Of a DNA stretch of 64,000 bases, positions 37,072 through 49,452 are shown in pieces. The notes below the pieces were generated by a model. It saw nothing but the letters and a program-made list of their open reading frames with translations. It did not search any database and was not told where the DNA came from. Origin of the DNA: a bacterium (GTDB lineage Bacteria > Electryoneota > Electryoneia > Electryoneales > Electryoneaceae); assembly GCA_963675295.2 (NCBI GenBank), contig CAXXKJ010000002.1, forward strand, positions 640,001 through 704,000. Reading direction: 5' to 3'. Position 1 is the first letter of the stretch; the number at the start of each line of letters is the position of its first letter. The translations under genes were made by a program, and so were the position numbers.

Positions 37072-38811
37072 TCACTTCAGCAGAAGGATTTTCTGTCGAG
37101 CCAGCGTCCGGTCTGGTGTGGTGACACGAACGAGATAAATCCCGGCAGCATGGTTGTGAAGATTAAGTGTGATGGGGAGCGTTCCGGCGGGACAGAAACG
37201 ATGGATCGGTTCTGCGACGGTTCGCCCGAGGATGTCGGTGACGGTCACAGTCAATTCAGACGCCGCCGGAAGCGAGACGTGTAGCGTGGTGCTCCCGTTG
37301 AACGGGTTGGGGTACGCGGGCGAGACGGAGAATGAACGCGGCTGCCCGGTGGCGTCCTCGAGCACGGACTCATCGAAATCCTTCGTGAACAGCAGTGAAT
37401 CGGCAACATAGGAAAGATCCAGACTTTCACCGATGGTGATCAGCAACGTGTACTCGCCCGCGTCAAGGTCGCCATCCACGATGAAGTCTGAATCAAAGGT
37501 GTTGTCGCCGGTCACCACGTTCACCGTGTCCTTATCGTCCACGTGGATCAGCTCGCCGTCGGGGTCGCGCAGATCTTTCCAGACGTAGGTCTCGAGCGGA
37601 GCGTTGAGGATCGAGTTTACCTCCAGCTCGAACGACAGCGTATCGCCCTCAGGCGGTACGATGATCGTGTCCTGCTCGGGAATCACGGTCAGGGTCAGTG
37701 GATCCAGCGGTTCGTTTTCCCACCAGACGACTTGTTGCAGGTGCGCGCAGGCGGAAATGATGTCATTGTCGTTGTCACCGTCGAGGTCGGCGACAAACAC
37801 CGAGCGTGTGCCCTTGGCGCGTTCGGAGATCAGGTGTTCGATCCAGGTTCCGTCACGGTCAACGTTTTCCCACCACAGCAGGCTGTCGCTGGAATAGGTG
37901 CCGCCGACGATATCGAGGTCGCCGTCCCCGTCCATGTCGCCGGTGTAGACATCATTGGCGAATTCGACGCTGTCGGCGAAGACGGTGCTGATCCAGTCGC
38001 CGTTGCTGTCCTGCGACCAGTAGACGAACAAGTCGAAGCGCGAGGTGGCGGCGATGATCTCGAGACGATTGTCGCCGACGATGTCCGCCGCATGCACCGA
38101 CCGTGTGCCCCACAAAAGTTCGGGCATCTGGTGGCGGGTCCACATGTGCCCGTTATCGTCATTTTCCCAGAACCAAACCCCGGCGGAATCGGCTCCGGCG
38201 AGAATGTCGGTGTCGCCGTCCTGATCGATGTCGGCGGCGTAGACGGTTCGGGCACCGTAAAAATTGTTCGTCAGGACGTGTTCATCCCAGCCGCTGCCAT
38301 TTTCGAACCACGACACGCGGTCGTAGCCGTACGAGCAGGCGAGGATGTCATTGTCGCCGTCGAGATCAAAGTCGGCGGAGGTGATGCCCTTGGAATAGGG
38401 GAACCAGTCGCTGATCGAGTGTTCGGTCCAGGGTCCGTTTTCCCACACGGCGACTCGTCCCGCGGTCATCGCGGCGCCGAGGATCTCGGGGTAGCCGTCT
38501 CCGTTCAAGTCGCCCGCGCTGACATCCCACGCACCCTCGAAAACATCCGCGACAATGTGTTCCGTCCAGTTGGCGGAGCCGTCGTTTTCCCACCAGCCGA
38601 CGGTGTTTTCGTAGCGGAATACGCCGAGCACGTCAATGTCGCCGTCCAGGTCCATGTCGGTGGCGTACACCGCGCGTGTGCCCTGATGGCCTTCCACCAG
38701 CACGTGCGGGTAAAATCCGGCCCGCGCCGCCGGAACACACAGCAGCATTGTCAGCAACGCGAGTGTGACGGCCAGTGTACGGATCGAGCGGGGTATGATG
38801 TAAACGGGCAT
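37072..38811 (-). CDS. Secreted FG-GAP repeat protein with T9SS-type CTD
   Basis: DxDxDGDxD...WWEN repeats, Ig-like domain, YPNPFN...KILLLK. Confidence 0.9.
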   Translation of the reverse strand: MPVYIIPRSIRTLAVTLALLTMLLCVPAARAGFYPHVLVEGHQGTRAVYATDMDLDGDIDVLGVFRYENTVGWWENDGSANWTEHIVADVFEGAWDVSAGDLNGDGYPEILGAAMTAGRVAVWENGPWTEHSISDWFPYSKGITSADFDLDGDNDILACSYGYDRVSWFENGSGWDEHVLTNNFYGARTVYAADIDQDGDTDILAGADSAGVWFWENDDNGHMWTRHQMPELLWGTRSVHAADIVGDNRLEIIAATSRFDLFVYWSQDSNGDWISTVFADSVEFANDVYTGDMDGDGDLDIVGGTYSSDSLLWWENVDRDGTWIEHLISERAKGTRSVFVADLDGDNDNDIISACAHLQQVVWWENEPLDPLTLTVIPEQDTIIVPPEGDTLSFELEVNSILNAPLETYVWKDLRDPDGELIHVDDKDTVNVVTGDNTFDSDFIVDGDLDAGEYTLLITIGESLDLSYVADSLLFTKDFDESVLEDATGQPRSFSVSPAYPNPFNGSTTLHVSLPAASELTVTVTDILGRTVAEPIHRFCPAGTLPITLNLHNHAAGIYLVRVTTPDRTLARQKILLLK

Positions 38812-38900
38812 CGTGAATCGTGTCAGTGATTGTGAACCCAGGAGTGTAATGTCTCATCTCAAGGGGGAGGGGCACAACTTGTGCTCGCTCATCGGAGGAG

Positions 38901-38937
38901 AAAAAACGGGACCCGCGCGGCAGCGCTGGGTCCCGTT
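38901..38937 (-). terminator. Intrinsic terminator of the first MCP gene
   Basis: AACGGGACCC...GGGTCCCGTT hairpin with a T6 tail on the minus strand. Confidence 0.75.
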
Positions 38938-38959
38938 GCAGATGACGATGTGGAATGGA

Positions 38960-41900
38960 TCAGAAGTCGCCGAACTCACTGTCGTCGAGTTGGATCACGT
39001 CTTCCGGCTGAATCAGGTGGCCGTTTCCGTTCCCACTGGTTCTGCGGTGACCATTCCCATTGCCGTGATGGGCGGTCACAATCTGTTCCGGGTTATCCGC
39101 GGAAATCTCCTCGCCGTCCCAGAGGTGCCGGGGCCGGCTGGCTCCGCCACTGTCCCGCAGGTTGAAGCGTCCGATCATCTCGCGCAGCAACGTTGCCTGG
39201 TTCGACAGCTGTTCAGCGGTCGCCGCACCTTCTTCGGCGTTGGCGGAATTCTGCTGGGTGATGGCGTCGACGGTACCCATCGCGCCGGAAATCTGGGCGA
39301 TGCCCTGGGTCTGTTCCCGGCTGGAGGCGTGGATCTCGTTGGCCAGCTCGGAGACGTCGTTAATACCCTTGACGATCTCCTTCAACGCTTCGGCGGTCTC
39401 GTTGGCGATGCTGACACCGGCCTTTGTTTTGTCCGTCGATTGACTGATCAGCTCGGTGGTTTCGTTTGCCGCCCGGGCGGATCGTTGTGCGAGGTTGCGC
39501 ACTTCTTCCGCGACGACGGCGAAGCCCTTGCCGTGCACACCGGCGCGCGCGGCTTCGACGGCCGCGTTCAACGCCAGCAGATTCGTCTGGAAGGCGATTT
39601 CGTCGATCACCTTGATAATCTTGGCGACCTCCAGCGACGATTCGTTAATCAGGCCCATCGCCTCGAGCATTTGGGTCATGCGTGAATCGCCGGTTTCGGC
39701 GGCTCTGCGCACCGCGGACGCATGCTGCGCGGCCTGGGCGGCGTTGTCTTCGTTCTGGCGGGTCTGGCTTTCCACCTGGGTGATGGAGGAGCTGATTTCC
39801 TCCAGCGATGCCGCCTGCTGGTTCGCGCCGTCGGATAGAGACTGGCTCGATTCGGACAGCTGCTGTGCGCCTTCGTTAACCTGATCAATCGCGACCAGGG
39901 TTTGCGACAGCAGATCGTTCAAGGATGCCAGTGTGTCGTTCAATGAGGTCTGGATGGTGGCGTGATCGCCCTGGAAGTCACCGTCAACCAGTAATGAGAG
40001 GTCCCCGTTCGCCATGGCGGACAACACCTCGGACGCCTTGTTGATCGGCTCGAGGACACGATCGAGGGTTTCGTTGAAGCCGGCGATGATGCTCTGGTAA
40101 TCACCGTTGTGGACGTCCACATCGGCACGCTGCTTGAGCTCGCCCTTGACGGCGGCGTTGACCATCGACTTGCTGTCGGCTACGAGGGTGTCGATCGCAC
40201 GGATGCAGGCGTTCAGGTTGTCGCGAATTTCCTGGAAGTCGCCACGGTAGTCATCGGTGACAGCGTCCGGAACATCTCCTTCCGCCATACGCTTCAAGTT
40301 GTTCTGGATCATGTTCAACGGCTGCACGAACGCAGTCACGAGGTCGTTAAGGCCACCGACGAGATCCGACCAGCCGCCCTTGAACCGGGTGGCGTTACCC
40401 CGGGTGTCGAGGTTGCCGTCGCGGATACCGTCGATAATGGTCTGTACCTCGCCCTGCAGATCGCGGATGGAATCTTTCATCTGCTGCATCGCGAGGCCGA
40501 GCTCGTCGTCGTTGGATGCGAGGGTCACGTTGACATTGAGGTCGCCCTCCGCGATCTGACGAGCGACGGTTGCCTTTTCACGCAGGCCGGACTGCATCGA
40601 CCGGAACGCGTCCGCCAGCTCACCGATTTCGTCGTCGCGCTCGATGCTGATATCCTCATCGAGACGTCCCAGCGCGATGTCTTCGGCGTGTTGTTTCAGC
40701 CGGACCATCGGGCGGGCCAGGGTGTTCGCGAGCAAGAAGGCGGCGACACCGATGATGGCGATGATCACCAGTCCCCAGATCAGAATTTTCATCGCCAGCG
40801 CGTTGATCGGGGCGAACGCTTCCGCCTTGTCGATCTCAGACAGAATGACCCATTCGAAGCCGGGGATGTTCAACGGACGGTAGGAGGACAACACCGGCAC
40901 GTTGCGGTAGTCGGCGATGATTTCCTCGCCGGTCTGGCCGGCGAGTGCCTTGTCCACACCGACGGTGTTGATATCCTGAAACAGGATCGAGGTGTTCTGA
41001 TTGCGGATCCGGTCAACCGTCTCGCTGGAATACCCACTTTTCCGGAGTGCGGTGAAGTAGCCGTCCGGATCCTGGATCAGGAATCGTGACATGGAGCGCA
41101 TGGTGCGGTCGCCAGCGACGAGATAGGTTTCGCCGCTTTCACCAAGACCATCCTGTTCCCAGCCTTCGTTCCCGGTCATTACGCCGTTGATGATATCGAT
41201 CGGGATCTGGAAGATGAGCACCCCGATCTTTTCGTTGCCGTCATATACCGGCGAGGCGATGAACGAGGCCGGCGCGCCGTAGGAGGGATCGTAGCCCTCG
41301 AACTCAACGGTCGTGACGTAGTCCGGGCTGCTGGCGTCCCGGGCCTTGGCAAATGCCTGGCCGAAATTGGTGCCGGCGTACGGTCCGCTCGACAGGCTGG
41401 TGCCGTAATCGACTTCCTTGAACACGCTGTAGACAATGTGACCGGTGTCGATGTCAACGAGGAAAATGTCGTAGTAGCTGAATTTCTTCAGGAAACTTCG
41501 AATTACCGGGTGGTACTTGCGATGCGCGGCTGCGTAGCGGGTGCCATCCTCGGCGGCGGTGAGATTATCCTTTTCCCCGACCGCGTTGCTGTTGGTGTAG
41601 ATGTAATTGTACTGCAGGTACAGCGTTTCGTCGTCCGGCGGCAGGTAGGTACTGGCGCTGTAGGATTCGCTGGTATTTGCCGCCAGCCGCGTGAGGTATT
41701 CCTGCTGGTAGAACTTGCGCATCGAATCGCGGTACAGGTCAACATCACGGTCGTTGTAACGCACCTCCGAACGAACCCCGTGGAACGCGGCCCGAAAGTC
41801 ACGCATCGCGTTGACGATCATGTAGTTCTCGGACATCGTCAACATCTGGTCGGTGACGGTCTGGAAGTAGGTTTCAATCTGCCGGGCCTTGGTTTCGCGG

Positions 41901-42061
41901 ACCGACGTCAAATGGTCAAAAGACGATTGCTGCAGCGCCTTTTTCCCGCTGTAGAACGACTGCAGGCCAATGATGACCGTGCTGGCGATCCCGATCACCA
42001 TGAAGGCGAGGACCAGTTTGGCGCGGATGTTCAGCCGGAACGGAAAGATGGACTTGTTCAC
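38960..42061 (-). CDS. Methyl-accepting chemotaxis protein (dCache-like sensor, poly-HAMP)
   Basis: 2 TM, HAMP domains, [20 protein letters not shown] signalling motif, C-terminal EFGDF. Confidence 0.95.
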   Translation of the reverse strand: MNKSIFPFRLNIRAKLVLAFMVIGIASTVIIGLQSFYSGKKALQQSSFDHLTSVRETKARQIETYFQTVTDQMLTMSENYMIVNAMRDFRAAFHGVRSEVRYNDRDVDLYRDSMRKFYQQEYLTRLAANTSESYSASTYLPPDDETLYLQYNYIYTNSNAVGEKDNLTAAEDGTRYAAAHRKYHPVIRSFLKKFSYYDIFLVDIDTGHIVYSVFKEVDYGTSLSSGPYAGTNFGQAFAKARDASSPDYVTTVEFEGYDPSYGAPASFIASPVYDGNEKIGVLIFQIPIDIINGVMTGNEGWEQDGLGESGETYLVAGDRTMRSMSRFLIQDPDGYFTALRKSGYSSETVDRIRNQNTSILFQDINTVGVDKALAGQTGEEIIADYRNVPVLSSYRPLNIPGFEWVILSEIDKAEAFAPINALAMKILIWGLVIIAIIGVAAFLLANTLARPMVRLKQHAEDIALGRLDEDISIERDDEIGELADAFRSMQSGLREKATVARQIAEGDLNVNVTLASNDDELGLAMQQMKDSIRDLQGEVQTIIDGIRDGNLDTRGNATRFKGGWSDLVGGLNDLVTAFVQPLNMIQNNLKRMAEGDVPDAVTDDYRGDFQEIRDNLNACIRAIDTLVADSKSMVNAAVKGELKQRADVDVHNGDYQSIIAGFNETLDRVLEPINKASEVLSAMANGDLSLLVDGDFQGDHATIQTSLNDTLASLNDLLSQTLVAIDQVNEGAQQLSESSQSLSDGANQQAASLEEISSSITQVESQTRQNEDNAAQAAQHASAVRRAAETGDSRMTQMLEAMGLINESSLEVAKIIKVIDEIAFQTNLLALNAAVEAARAGVHGKGFAVVAEEVRNLAQRSARAANETTELISQSTDKTKAGVSIANETAEALKEIVKGINDVSELANEIHASSREQTQGIAQISGAMGTVDAITQQNSANAEEGAATAEQLSNQATLLREMIGRFNLRDSGGASRPRHLWDGEEISADNPEQIVTAHHGNGNGHRRTSGNGNGHLIQPEDVIQLDDSEFGDF

Positions 42062-42735
42062 GGTCGGTTCCCCCGGTGTGGTTAACTGCACCGTGTTATG
42101 CTATGATCCATAAGATTGTTCGATGCATCAGGATCGTGTGTTACGATCCAGGTTGCTACGCAGAACGTGTCCCAGCCGGAAGACGATTTTTGTGGTCTAC
42201 CGTGTTTATCGACAAAACCGAAAAACAGCGCGTTCGATATTGTCCCTGGACGCCGTTCTGGTTTGCAAACACGCGGGCGGGTGTCAACAAAAACTCAGCA
42301 GGGCGTTACCAATGTTCGGAAATGAATATAGATTTCGGGTTCTCGCCAGTCAATACTTTAGACGAAGAAATGATAATACTGCTTAAAATCCTCGCCTGGA
42401 CTCAGTTTGTCGGGATTGCATTTTCTTTCACAGCACTCGGATAAGTCCTTATTATTTCTGAACTAATTTTTCATGGAAGCTGTTGCGGAGCTCAGCGAAG
42501 AAGGAGAGAGCTCCGAGAGGAAAACAGGGTGGTTTCTCCGGTTACGTGGTGAAATCGACAGAGTTTAGTGAACATCTGTCTCAAGCTTGCTGATCCTCAA
42601 AACCGAGTGCTGTATTGGGCTCGTTGTTGATATTTAGGATTTTTTGTTATTAATTGATGGCAGATAACACAAAACAGGCCGCGCGGTTACCCACGCGGCC
42701 GGGAAAGGTCCAGCGGTTCTGATCAAAAGCCGGGA

Positions 42736-45639
42736 TCAGAATTCACCGAACTCGTCGTCGTCCAGCTGGATCACATCTTCCGGCTGCCGGTAGGATCCGT
42801 TCTGCTTCGGCTTGGCTTTGACCACGGTTTCCGGATTGTCGGCGAGGTTGTCGTCCGCCTTGCGAGATGCGGTTTTGCCGTTTCCATGGCCATTGGAAGC
42901 GTTCGCCGCGTGTTTCTTGTGCAGGCGGAAGCGGGAGATCATGTCACGCAGCAGCGAAGCCTGGTTCGACAGTTCTTCCGCGGTCGCGGCGCCTTCTTCG
43001 GCGTTGGCGGAATTTTGTTGCGTGATGCCGTCCACGGTGCCGACCGCCTCGGAAATCTGTGAGATGCCCTGGGACTGCTCCCGGCTTGACGCGTGGATTT
43101 CGTTGGCCAGTTCGGCGACGTCGTTGATACCCTTGACGATCTCCTTCAACGCTTCAGCGGTTTCGTTGGCGATGACGACACCGTTCTCGGTCTTCTTCGT
43201 GGACAGGCTGATCAGCTCGGTGGTTTCGTTGGCAGCACGCGCGGACCGTTGCGCGAGGTTCCGCACCTCTTCCGCGACGACCGCGAAGCCCTTGCCGTGC
43301 ACGCCGGCGCGTGCGGCTTCGACGGCGGCGTTCAGCGCCAGCAGGTTGGTCTGGAAGGCGATTTCGTCGATCACCTTGATGATCTTGGCGACTTCCTGTG
43401 ACGATTCGTTGATGTGGCCCATCGCCTCAAGCATCTGCCCCATGCGGGAGTCGCCGGTTTCGGCGGCCTTGCGCACGGCGGTTGCGTGCTGTGCGGCCTG
43501 GGATGCGTTATCCTCGTTCAGCTTGGTCTGGCTTTCGACCTCGGTGATTGACGACGAAATCTCTTCCATCGCCGCGGCCTGCTGGTTGGCGCCATCGGAC
43601 AGGGACTGGCTCGATTCGGCCAGCTGCTGCGCGCCCTCGTTAACCTGTTCGATCGCGAGCAGGGTCTGGGACAGCAGGTCGTTGAGGGATTCCAGCGTGG
43701 CGTTCAGCGAGTTCTGAATGGTGGCGTGATCGCCCTTGAAGTCACCTTCGACCATCTTCGACAGGTCGCCGTTGGCCATCGATTCCAGAACCTCGGACGC
43801 CTTGTTAATCGGCTCGAGAATCCGGTCGAGGGTTTCGTTAAAGCCGCCGATGATGCGCTGGTAGTCACCCTGGTGTACGTCAATGTTCGCACGCTTCTTG
43901 AGTTCGCCTTCGACGGCGGCGTTGACCATCACTTTGCTGTCATTGACGAGGGTGTCGACGGCAACGATGCAGGCGTTCAAGCTGTCCTGGATGTCCTGGA
44001 AATCACCCTGGTAGTCTTCGTGGATCTGATCCGGAACATCGCCAGCCGCCATCAGGCGCAGGTTTTTCTGCACCACGAGCATCGGGGCGATGAAAGCTTC
44101 GACGAGACGGTTGAGGCCGCCCACGAGTTCCGCCCAACCACCCTTGAACTGGTCCGCATCGCCGCGAGTCTTCAGGTTACCGACATTGACGCTGTCGATG
44201 ATCTTCTGAATCTCACCGTGCAGCTTGGCGATGGTACCATTCATCTCGCGCATCGCGAGACCGAGCTCATCCTGATCGGACGCGAGCGTGACATCGATGT
44301 CCAGCTCACCGCCGGCGATACGGCGGGCGATGTCGGCCTTGTCGCGCAGGCTGCCCTGCATGTCGCGGAAGGCGTCCGCCAGTTCACCGACTTCGTCCGC
44401 GCTTTCGACGTCGATATTGCCGTCCAGCGCGCCCTTGGAAATCTTGATTGCCTGGTCCTTGAGGAACAGGATCGGGTTGGCGATGCGCCCGCCGATGATA
44501 AAGGCAAGGATGCCGAACGCGGCGAGGATGATGACACCGATCAGCACGGTGGTCATCGCAAGGCTACCCAGCGAGGCGTTGACTTCTTCCTTGACTGCGG
44601 CATACTCATCCGCGTACACACTGGCACCGATCACCCAGTCCCACGGCTCATAGTAGGCCATCATCGCGTATTTCTGGCGGCCCTGGAAGTTGTAGTCGTA
44701 GCGACCGAACTGTCCATCAACCTGCTGCTTGCCAAACTCGATCATGTCACGGGTGATGTCGTCACCAGCATCATTAACGACTGTCGCAATGGTGCCTTCC
44801 TTGCTCGCATCCGGGGCGACGTAGAACTTGGCGAAATCGTCACCCTGGCTGCCCAGTACGAACACGTACCCTGTTGCGCCGAGTTCGTAGGCACGAATGG
44901 CTTTCTTCACTTCGGCCAGCGAATTCAGCGGAATGCCGACATAGAGAATGCCGACGATGTTACGGGAATTGTCGTAAACAGGTTCGTACGCGGTGAGATA
45001 CCACTGATTCACCACAAACGCACGGCCACGATACGTTTCACCGCGCATGATGGCGGAGATGACGGGGTTCGACTTGCCGTCGGGGTTGACAGCGGGGATG
45101 TAAGTTCCGACCGCACGCGTGTCATCCAGCTTGCGGACGTTGGTCGCGACACGCAGCATGTCGCCTTCCGGGTTCATGCGCTGGAACACGGTGCAGGTGA
45201 CATCGCCCAGCTCGGAGACCTTGTCGACCAGCGGTACGTTCTGGTTGAACGACGTCGCCTGTCCGAGCCATTGCGACCCGACCATCAACCGCGGCAGCTG
45301 CACCATCTTCGAAGCCTTGGTGTACTGATTGACCGCTGTCCAGGTCACGGCTCGTGCGGACGATTCGTAGACGCCTCCGGCCTGATCCATCAGGTAGCTG
45401 GCCAGGGTCAACTTGTCGTCAATCGCCTTTTGGACCAAGGCGTCATTCGACGCGCACATTTCCACGACGCCCTTGGCGACCTGGGTCAACTCCTTGTTGA
45501 TCAGGATATCCAGGTTGTCTTCGACGTGGTGCTCGATATCCTTTTTCATCACGCTGACAGTGATCAGAATCGCGCTGACGGCAATCAGAACACCGAGGAT
45601 GGACGTACCGACAATTTTCTGCTTCAGGCCCAGCTTCAT
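42736..45639 (-). CDS. Methyl-accepting chemotaxis protein (Cache_3/Cache_2 sensor, poly-HAMP)
   Basis: [19 protein letters not shown]...[11 protein letters not shown] signalling domain, C-terminal EFGEF. Confidence 0.95.
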   Translation of the reverse strand: MKLGLKQKIVGTSILGVLIAVSAILITVSVMKKDIEHHVEDNLDILINKELTQVAKGVVEMCASNDALVQKAIDDKLTLASYLMDQAGGVYESSARAVTWTAVNQYTKASKMVQLPRLMVGSQWLGQATSFNQNVPLVDKVSELGDVTCTVFQRMNPEGDMLRVATNVRKLDDTRAVGTYIPAVNPDGKSNPVISAIMRGETYRGRAFVVNQWYLTAYEPVYDNSRNIVGILYVGIPLNSLAEVKKAIRAYELGATGYVFVLGSQGDDFAKFYVAPDASKEGTIATVVNDAGDDITRDMIEFGKQQVDGQFGRYDYNFQGRQKYAMMAYYEPWDWVIGASVYADEYAAVKEEVNASLGSLAMTTVLIGVIILAAFGILAFIIGGRIANPILFLKDQAIKISKGALDGNIDVESADEVGELADAFRDMQGSLRDKADIARRIAGGELDIDVTLASDQDELGLAMREMNGTIAKLHGEIQKIIDSVNVGNLKTRGDADQFKGGWAELVGGLNRLVEAFIAPMLVVQKNLRLMAAGDVPDQIHEDYQGDFQDIQDSLNACIVAVDTLVNDSKVMVNAAVEGELKKRANIDVHQGDYQRIIGGFNETLDRILEPINKASEVLESMANGDLSKMVEGDFKGDHATIQNSLNATLESLNDLLSQTLLAIEQVNEGAQQLAESSQSLSDGANQQAAAMEEISSSITEVESQTKLNEDNASQAAQHATAVRKAAETGDSRMGQMLEAMGHINESSQEVAKIIKVIDEIAFQTNLLALNAAVEAARAGVHGKGFAVVAEEVRNLAQRSARAANETTELISLSTKKTENGVVIANETAEALKEIVKGINDVAELANEIHASSREQSQGISQISEAVGTVDGITQQNSANAEEGAATAEELSNQASLLRDMISRFRLHKKHAANASNGHGNGKTASRKADDNLADNPETVVKAKPKQNGSYRQPEDVIQLDDDEFGEF

Positions 45640-46169
45640 GACCCACTCCTTTTTGTAGTCGCAACGCATGGCGAACTGCAGGTACTCAGGTTCACCTTTC
45701 CCCTTGGCGATTCCAGATGCGTTGCGTTCAACCCCGTGTCAGCTTCATGGGACAGATTCAGATTGACGACGACAATGAGAAGCTGACTGGTTTGAGCCTG
45801 AGCAAACATAATACCAAAAACGCCAGTTATTATAAGATTATTATAAGTATTTGTGCAAGCTGTTGTATATACAGAGGTAAAGCTTGGAGTTTAATCGCTG
45901 GAGACAGGAGACGGGTTCTCTATCCGGTTGAGAATGGGCGGTTGGACTTAGGAAAAGTGTTTCAAATTATTCTATGCGAACTATCAGAATTGGGGGGTGT
46001 GACTCAGATTGCGTCATGCTGAAACGGTCACAGTGTTTCGGAGAAGTGAGAAGGCGTTGCTTACGCGGCAGCGTGTCTCGGGGTGAAAAGATGTTCTGTA
46101 CGCGTTTCCGATCCGGGGTGCAGGATGTATATTGGCCGGACGATCACCGGGAGTTCAGAGGAACCCTCC

Positions 46170-48095
46170 ATGTCCTATCTCGTAATGGCTCGCCGTTGGC
46201 GTCCGCAACGTTTTGCGGATGTTGTCGGCCAGGAACACGTCACACGCACCCTGCAGCGCGCGATTGAGCGCAAACGGGTCGCGCACGCCTATCTCTTCAC
46301 CGGTCCGCGTGGCGTCGGAAAGACGACCACCGCCCGCTTGCTGGCGATGGCGGTGAACGATCCGAATCCGATCCGTGACGATCTCGGTTTGCCGGATCTC
46401 GACCCGAACAATGAGATGAATAAAGACATCGCGGCCGGCAATGCGTTGGACGTAATTGAAATTGACGGCGCGTCCAACAACAAGGTGGACGATGTCCGTC
46501 AGCTGCGCGAGACGATCAAGTACGCGCCGACGTCGCTTGAGAAGAAGGTGTACATCATCGACGAAGTGCACATGCTGAGCGTGGCGGCGTTCAACGCGTT
46601 GTTGAAGACGCTGGAGGAGCCGCCGGAACACGCGATGTTCATCTTCGCGACGACGGAGGCGCACAAGGTTCCGGCGACGGTGCTCAGCCGTTGCCAGCGG
46701 TATGACTTCAAGCGTATTTCGACGAAGGAAATCCGCGAGCAGCTGAGCAAGATTGTCACGGCGGACGAGATCAACATCGACGAAGACGCGTTGACCGCGA
46801 TCGCGGTGAAGGCGGACGGCGCATTGCGTGATGCATTGTCAATTCTCGACCAGCTGGTGGCGTACCAGGGCGGCGACGCGATCACGGAGGATGTTGTCCG
46901 CCAGGCGTTGGGCTTGATCGGCGGCGAAATCTATTTCCGGACGACAGACATCGCGGCGACCGGGGATGTGGCGGGCGCGTTGGCGATTGCGAACGATCTC
47001 ACCGCCGGCGGGCATGATCCGCGCGAATATTTGCGTGGGTTGCAGCAGCATGTGTTGCGGTATTTGTTCCTCAAGGCGGGCGGCGGCTCGGATGAGCTGG
47101 CGGTGTCGGAGGAGGATCGGGACCGGTACACGAACACGCTGGATGAGTTCGCGGACGAAGACCTGTTGCGGATCGGCGAGTGGGCGGCGGAATCGGAAGA
47201 TCTGCTCCGCGACGCGTTGGATCCGGTGTTGCGTCTCGAGTTGCTGCTGGTGCGCATCGCCAAAATGGACCGCGCGGTGGATGTCGGGGCGTTGCTGCAA
47301 CGGATGGGTGTCGAACCGGGCTCGTTCCGGCAGGCGCGGACACGTCCGGCGGCAGAGAAGTCGACACAAACCCAGGCAAAACAGGCGGAGACGGAATCAG
47401 CGTCCAAACCGGCGGCAGAAGCTGAACCACAGACACAAGTGTCACCGGCGGCAAAGACCACCGTTGAAGAAGTACCGGAAGCCAGTCCGGAAAACCGGCA
47501 GCAATCTGACCCGGAAACAGACCCCGAACCGGCACCACAGCCGGAGAAGGTCGCAGCCACGCTGGACCCTCCCGCGCCGGCTCCTGAACCTGAGGTAGCG
47601 CGTTCAGTCGCGCCGGAACCGATCAGTGAGGCGGCGGAAGCGGACGCCGACGACACCGACCTGACCAATGATGACGACGAAGAGGCCGCGACCGACTTGG
47701 CCGAGGCGGAATCGGAAACGATCGGCGTGGACCAGATCCGCAAAGCGTGGGTTCAGTTCTGCGACCGGGTTGAGGACATGAAACGGCTGCTCGGGTCGCA
47801 CTTGGAAAAGGGCGCGCCGACGGGCTTTGAGGACGGTGCGTTGGAGATTACGTTTGATCCGACGTGCAATTTTGAGTACGAGAACGTGTTTCGCAACCGG
47901 GATGATGTCGCGCGTGGCTTCCGCTCGCATTTCGGTGTCGCCGCTCGTGTGATCGCGAAGAAGGGCACGATTCCGGAACAGTTGCGTCCGCCCAAGCGTC
48001 TCACGGAAGGGGAAAAGCGGCGCATGCAGTTTGACGAGATCCGCCGCAAGCATCCGGTCTGGAACGAGATGGTGGAACGGTTTTCGTTGAGGTAG
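46170..48095 (+). CDS. dnaX: DNA polymerase III subunit gamma/tau
   Basis: ARRWRPQRF, GPRGVGKTT, EIDGASN, IIDEVHML, LKTLEEP, SRCQ; upstream of ybaB-recR. Confidence 0.96.
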   Translation: MSYLVMARRWRPQRFADVVGQEHVTRTLQRAIERKRVAHAYLFTGPRGVGKTTTARLLAMAVNDPNPIRDDLGLPDLDPNNEMNKDIAAGNALDVIEIDGASNNKVDDVRQLRETIKYAPTSLEKKVYIIDEVHMLSVAAFNALLKTLEEPPEHAMFIFATTEAHKVPATVLSRCQRYDFKRISTKEIREQLSKIVTADEINIDEDALTAIAVKADGALRDALSILDQLVAYQGGDAITEDVVRQALGLIGGEIYFRTTDIAATGDVAGALAIANDLTAGGHDPREYLRGLQQHVLRYLFLKAGGGSDELAVSEEDRDRYTNTLDEFADEDLLRIGEWAAESEDLLRDALDPVLRLELLLVRIAKMDRAVDVGALLQRMGVEPGSFRQARTRPAAEKSTQTQAKQAETESASKPAAEAEPQTQVSPAAKTTVEEVPEASPENRQQSDPETDPEPAPQPEKVAATLDPPAPAPEPEVARSVAPEPISEAAEADADDTDLTNDDDEEAATDLAEAESETIGVDQIRKAWVQFCDRVEDMKRLLGSHLEKGAPTGFEDGALEITFDPTCNFEYENVFRNRDDVARGFRSHFGVAARVIAKKGTIPEQLRPPKRLTEGEKRRMQFDEIRRKHPVWNEMVERFSLR

Positions 48096-48245
48096 GAAAA
48101 GAAGCAACAGATGCAAAACAAGCAAAAGATGCAGAGTACGCGGACCACACGTTGAAGTACCGGCAGGATTTGTCTTTGGCATATGTTGCGTCTTTGACGG
48201 CTTTTGCTGATAGCAGGCTTGAACGATTCACAGGAGTATAAAAGG

Positions 48246-48578
48246 ATGAAGAACATGGGCAACATGTCCGGCATGATGAAGCAGGTGAAGAAGATGCAGC
48301 AGGACATGGCACGGGCGCAGGAGGAACTGGCCGAACTTGAAGTCAGCGCCAGCTCGGGCGGCGGGATGGTGACCGTCACCGCGAACGGCAAGCAGGAGCT
48401 GCTGGCTATCGAGATCAAGCCGGATGCGGTCGATCCGGACGACGTCGAGATGCTGGAAGACCTGGTGTTGGCCGCGACGAACGAAGCGCTGCGCAAGGCG
48501 TCCGACGCCGCCAGCGAACACATGGCGAAGGTGACTGGTCCGTTGCAGGGCATGCTCCCGCCGGGAATGGGATTCTAA
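48246..48578 (+). CDS. ybaB: YbaB/EbfC nucleoid-associated protein
   Basis: MMKQVKKMQ...SGGGMVTV...DPDDVEMLEDLV; conserved synteny. Confidence 0.95.
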   Translation: MKNMGNMSGMMKQVKKMQQDMARAQEELAELEVSASSGGGMVTVTANGKQELLAIEIKPDAVDPDDVEMLEDLVLAATNEALRKASDAASEHMAKVTGPLQGMLPPGMGF

Positions 48579-48706
48579 GAGCAGCTGTGAGCAATGAGCT
48601 CAGAGCTGTGAGCATCACATGATGCCCGCGCAGCAGATTTGCTGACGCGGATGACCCACGACATACATGTCGTGGCATGACAGAACGTTGAAACACTCGA
48701 GGTCTT

Positions 48707-49312
48707 GTGGCTTCTTCGTTACCCCCGGCGGTGATCGCGTTGCAGACCGAACTGTCGAAGATGCCTGGTGTCGGCAAGAAATCGGCACTGCGGATGGCGA
48801 TGCATCTGCTCAAGTCGCAGCGTGACGATGTCGCGCGGCTGGCGCGTGCGGTGATTGACGTCAAGGACAAGGTCAAGATCTGTTCGACTTGCGGCTTTAT
48901 CAGCGACACCGACCCGTGCCACATCTGTAACGACCGCAAACGGCCGGGCAAGGTGGTGTGTGTCGTCGAACAGCCAACGGACGTCATCGCGCTGGAAAAG
49001 GGCGGGGTGTTTTCGGGAAAATACCACGTGCTCGGGGGTGTGCTCGCGCCGTTGGAAGGTGTCGGGCCGGAGGACATCAACATCGGCGGCCTCGTCGCAC
49101 GGCTTGAGCCGGAAGGGATCGAGGAGGTTGTGGTCGCGACCAACCCGACGCCCGAGGGTGAACAGACCGCGTACTACCTTGCCAAGATCCTGCAGCCGAA
49201 AGGGGTCAATGTCACCCGGATCGCGCGTGGCATCCCGGTCGGTGCGGATCTTGAGAACGCGGACGATCTGACCCTGACCCGTGCCCTTGAGGGGCGGGTC
49301 CGGTTGGACTGA
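48707..49312 (+). CDS. recR: Recombination mediator RecR
   Basis: PGVGKKSA HhH, CxxC...CxxC, YHVLGG, TOPRIM ATNPTPEGE. Confidence 0.97.
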   Translation: MASSLPPAVIALQTELSKMPGVGKKSALRMAMHLLKSQRDDVARLARAVIDVKDKVKICSTCGFISDTDPCHICNDRKRPGKVVCVVEQPTDVIALEKGGVFSGKYHVLGGVLAPLEGVGPEDINIGGLVARLEPEGIEEVVVATNPTPEGEQTAYYLAKILQPKGVNVTRIARGIPVGADLENADDLTLTRALEGRVRLD

Positions 49313-49452
49313 AGTACAACAGTCCGAAGTCGAAAGCATCAGGTCAAAGGACGGCGTACCGGGCAGTGTGAGTCGCGACAAGACAGCCAGATCGGCCTGT
49401 CAGGCATAGCTGTCCGTTTCTTCCGTGTATTCCGTGGTTGCAAAGGTGTTTC

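Noticed and set aside
42200-42240. sigma28 promoter for the first MCP gene
   Set aside because: A GTCGATAA -10-like element is present but there is no convincing -35 at the right spacing.
43726-45786. 686-aa plus-strand ORF (also 37543-38829, 52881-54470, 59420-60937)
   Set aside because: Antisense shadows of well-supported genes in GC-rich DNA, with no motifs of their own.
45800-46170. SRP RNA (ffs) upstream of dnaX
   Set aside because: No CAGG..GGAA..AGCAG domain IV motif found.
47300-48095. Programmed frameshift in dnaX
   Set aside because: No A-AAA-AAG or long homopolymer slippery site seen.
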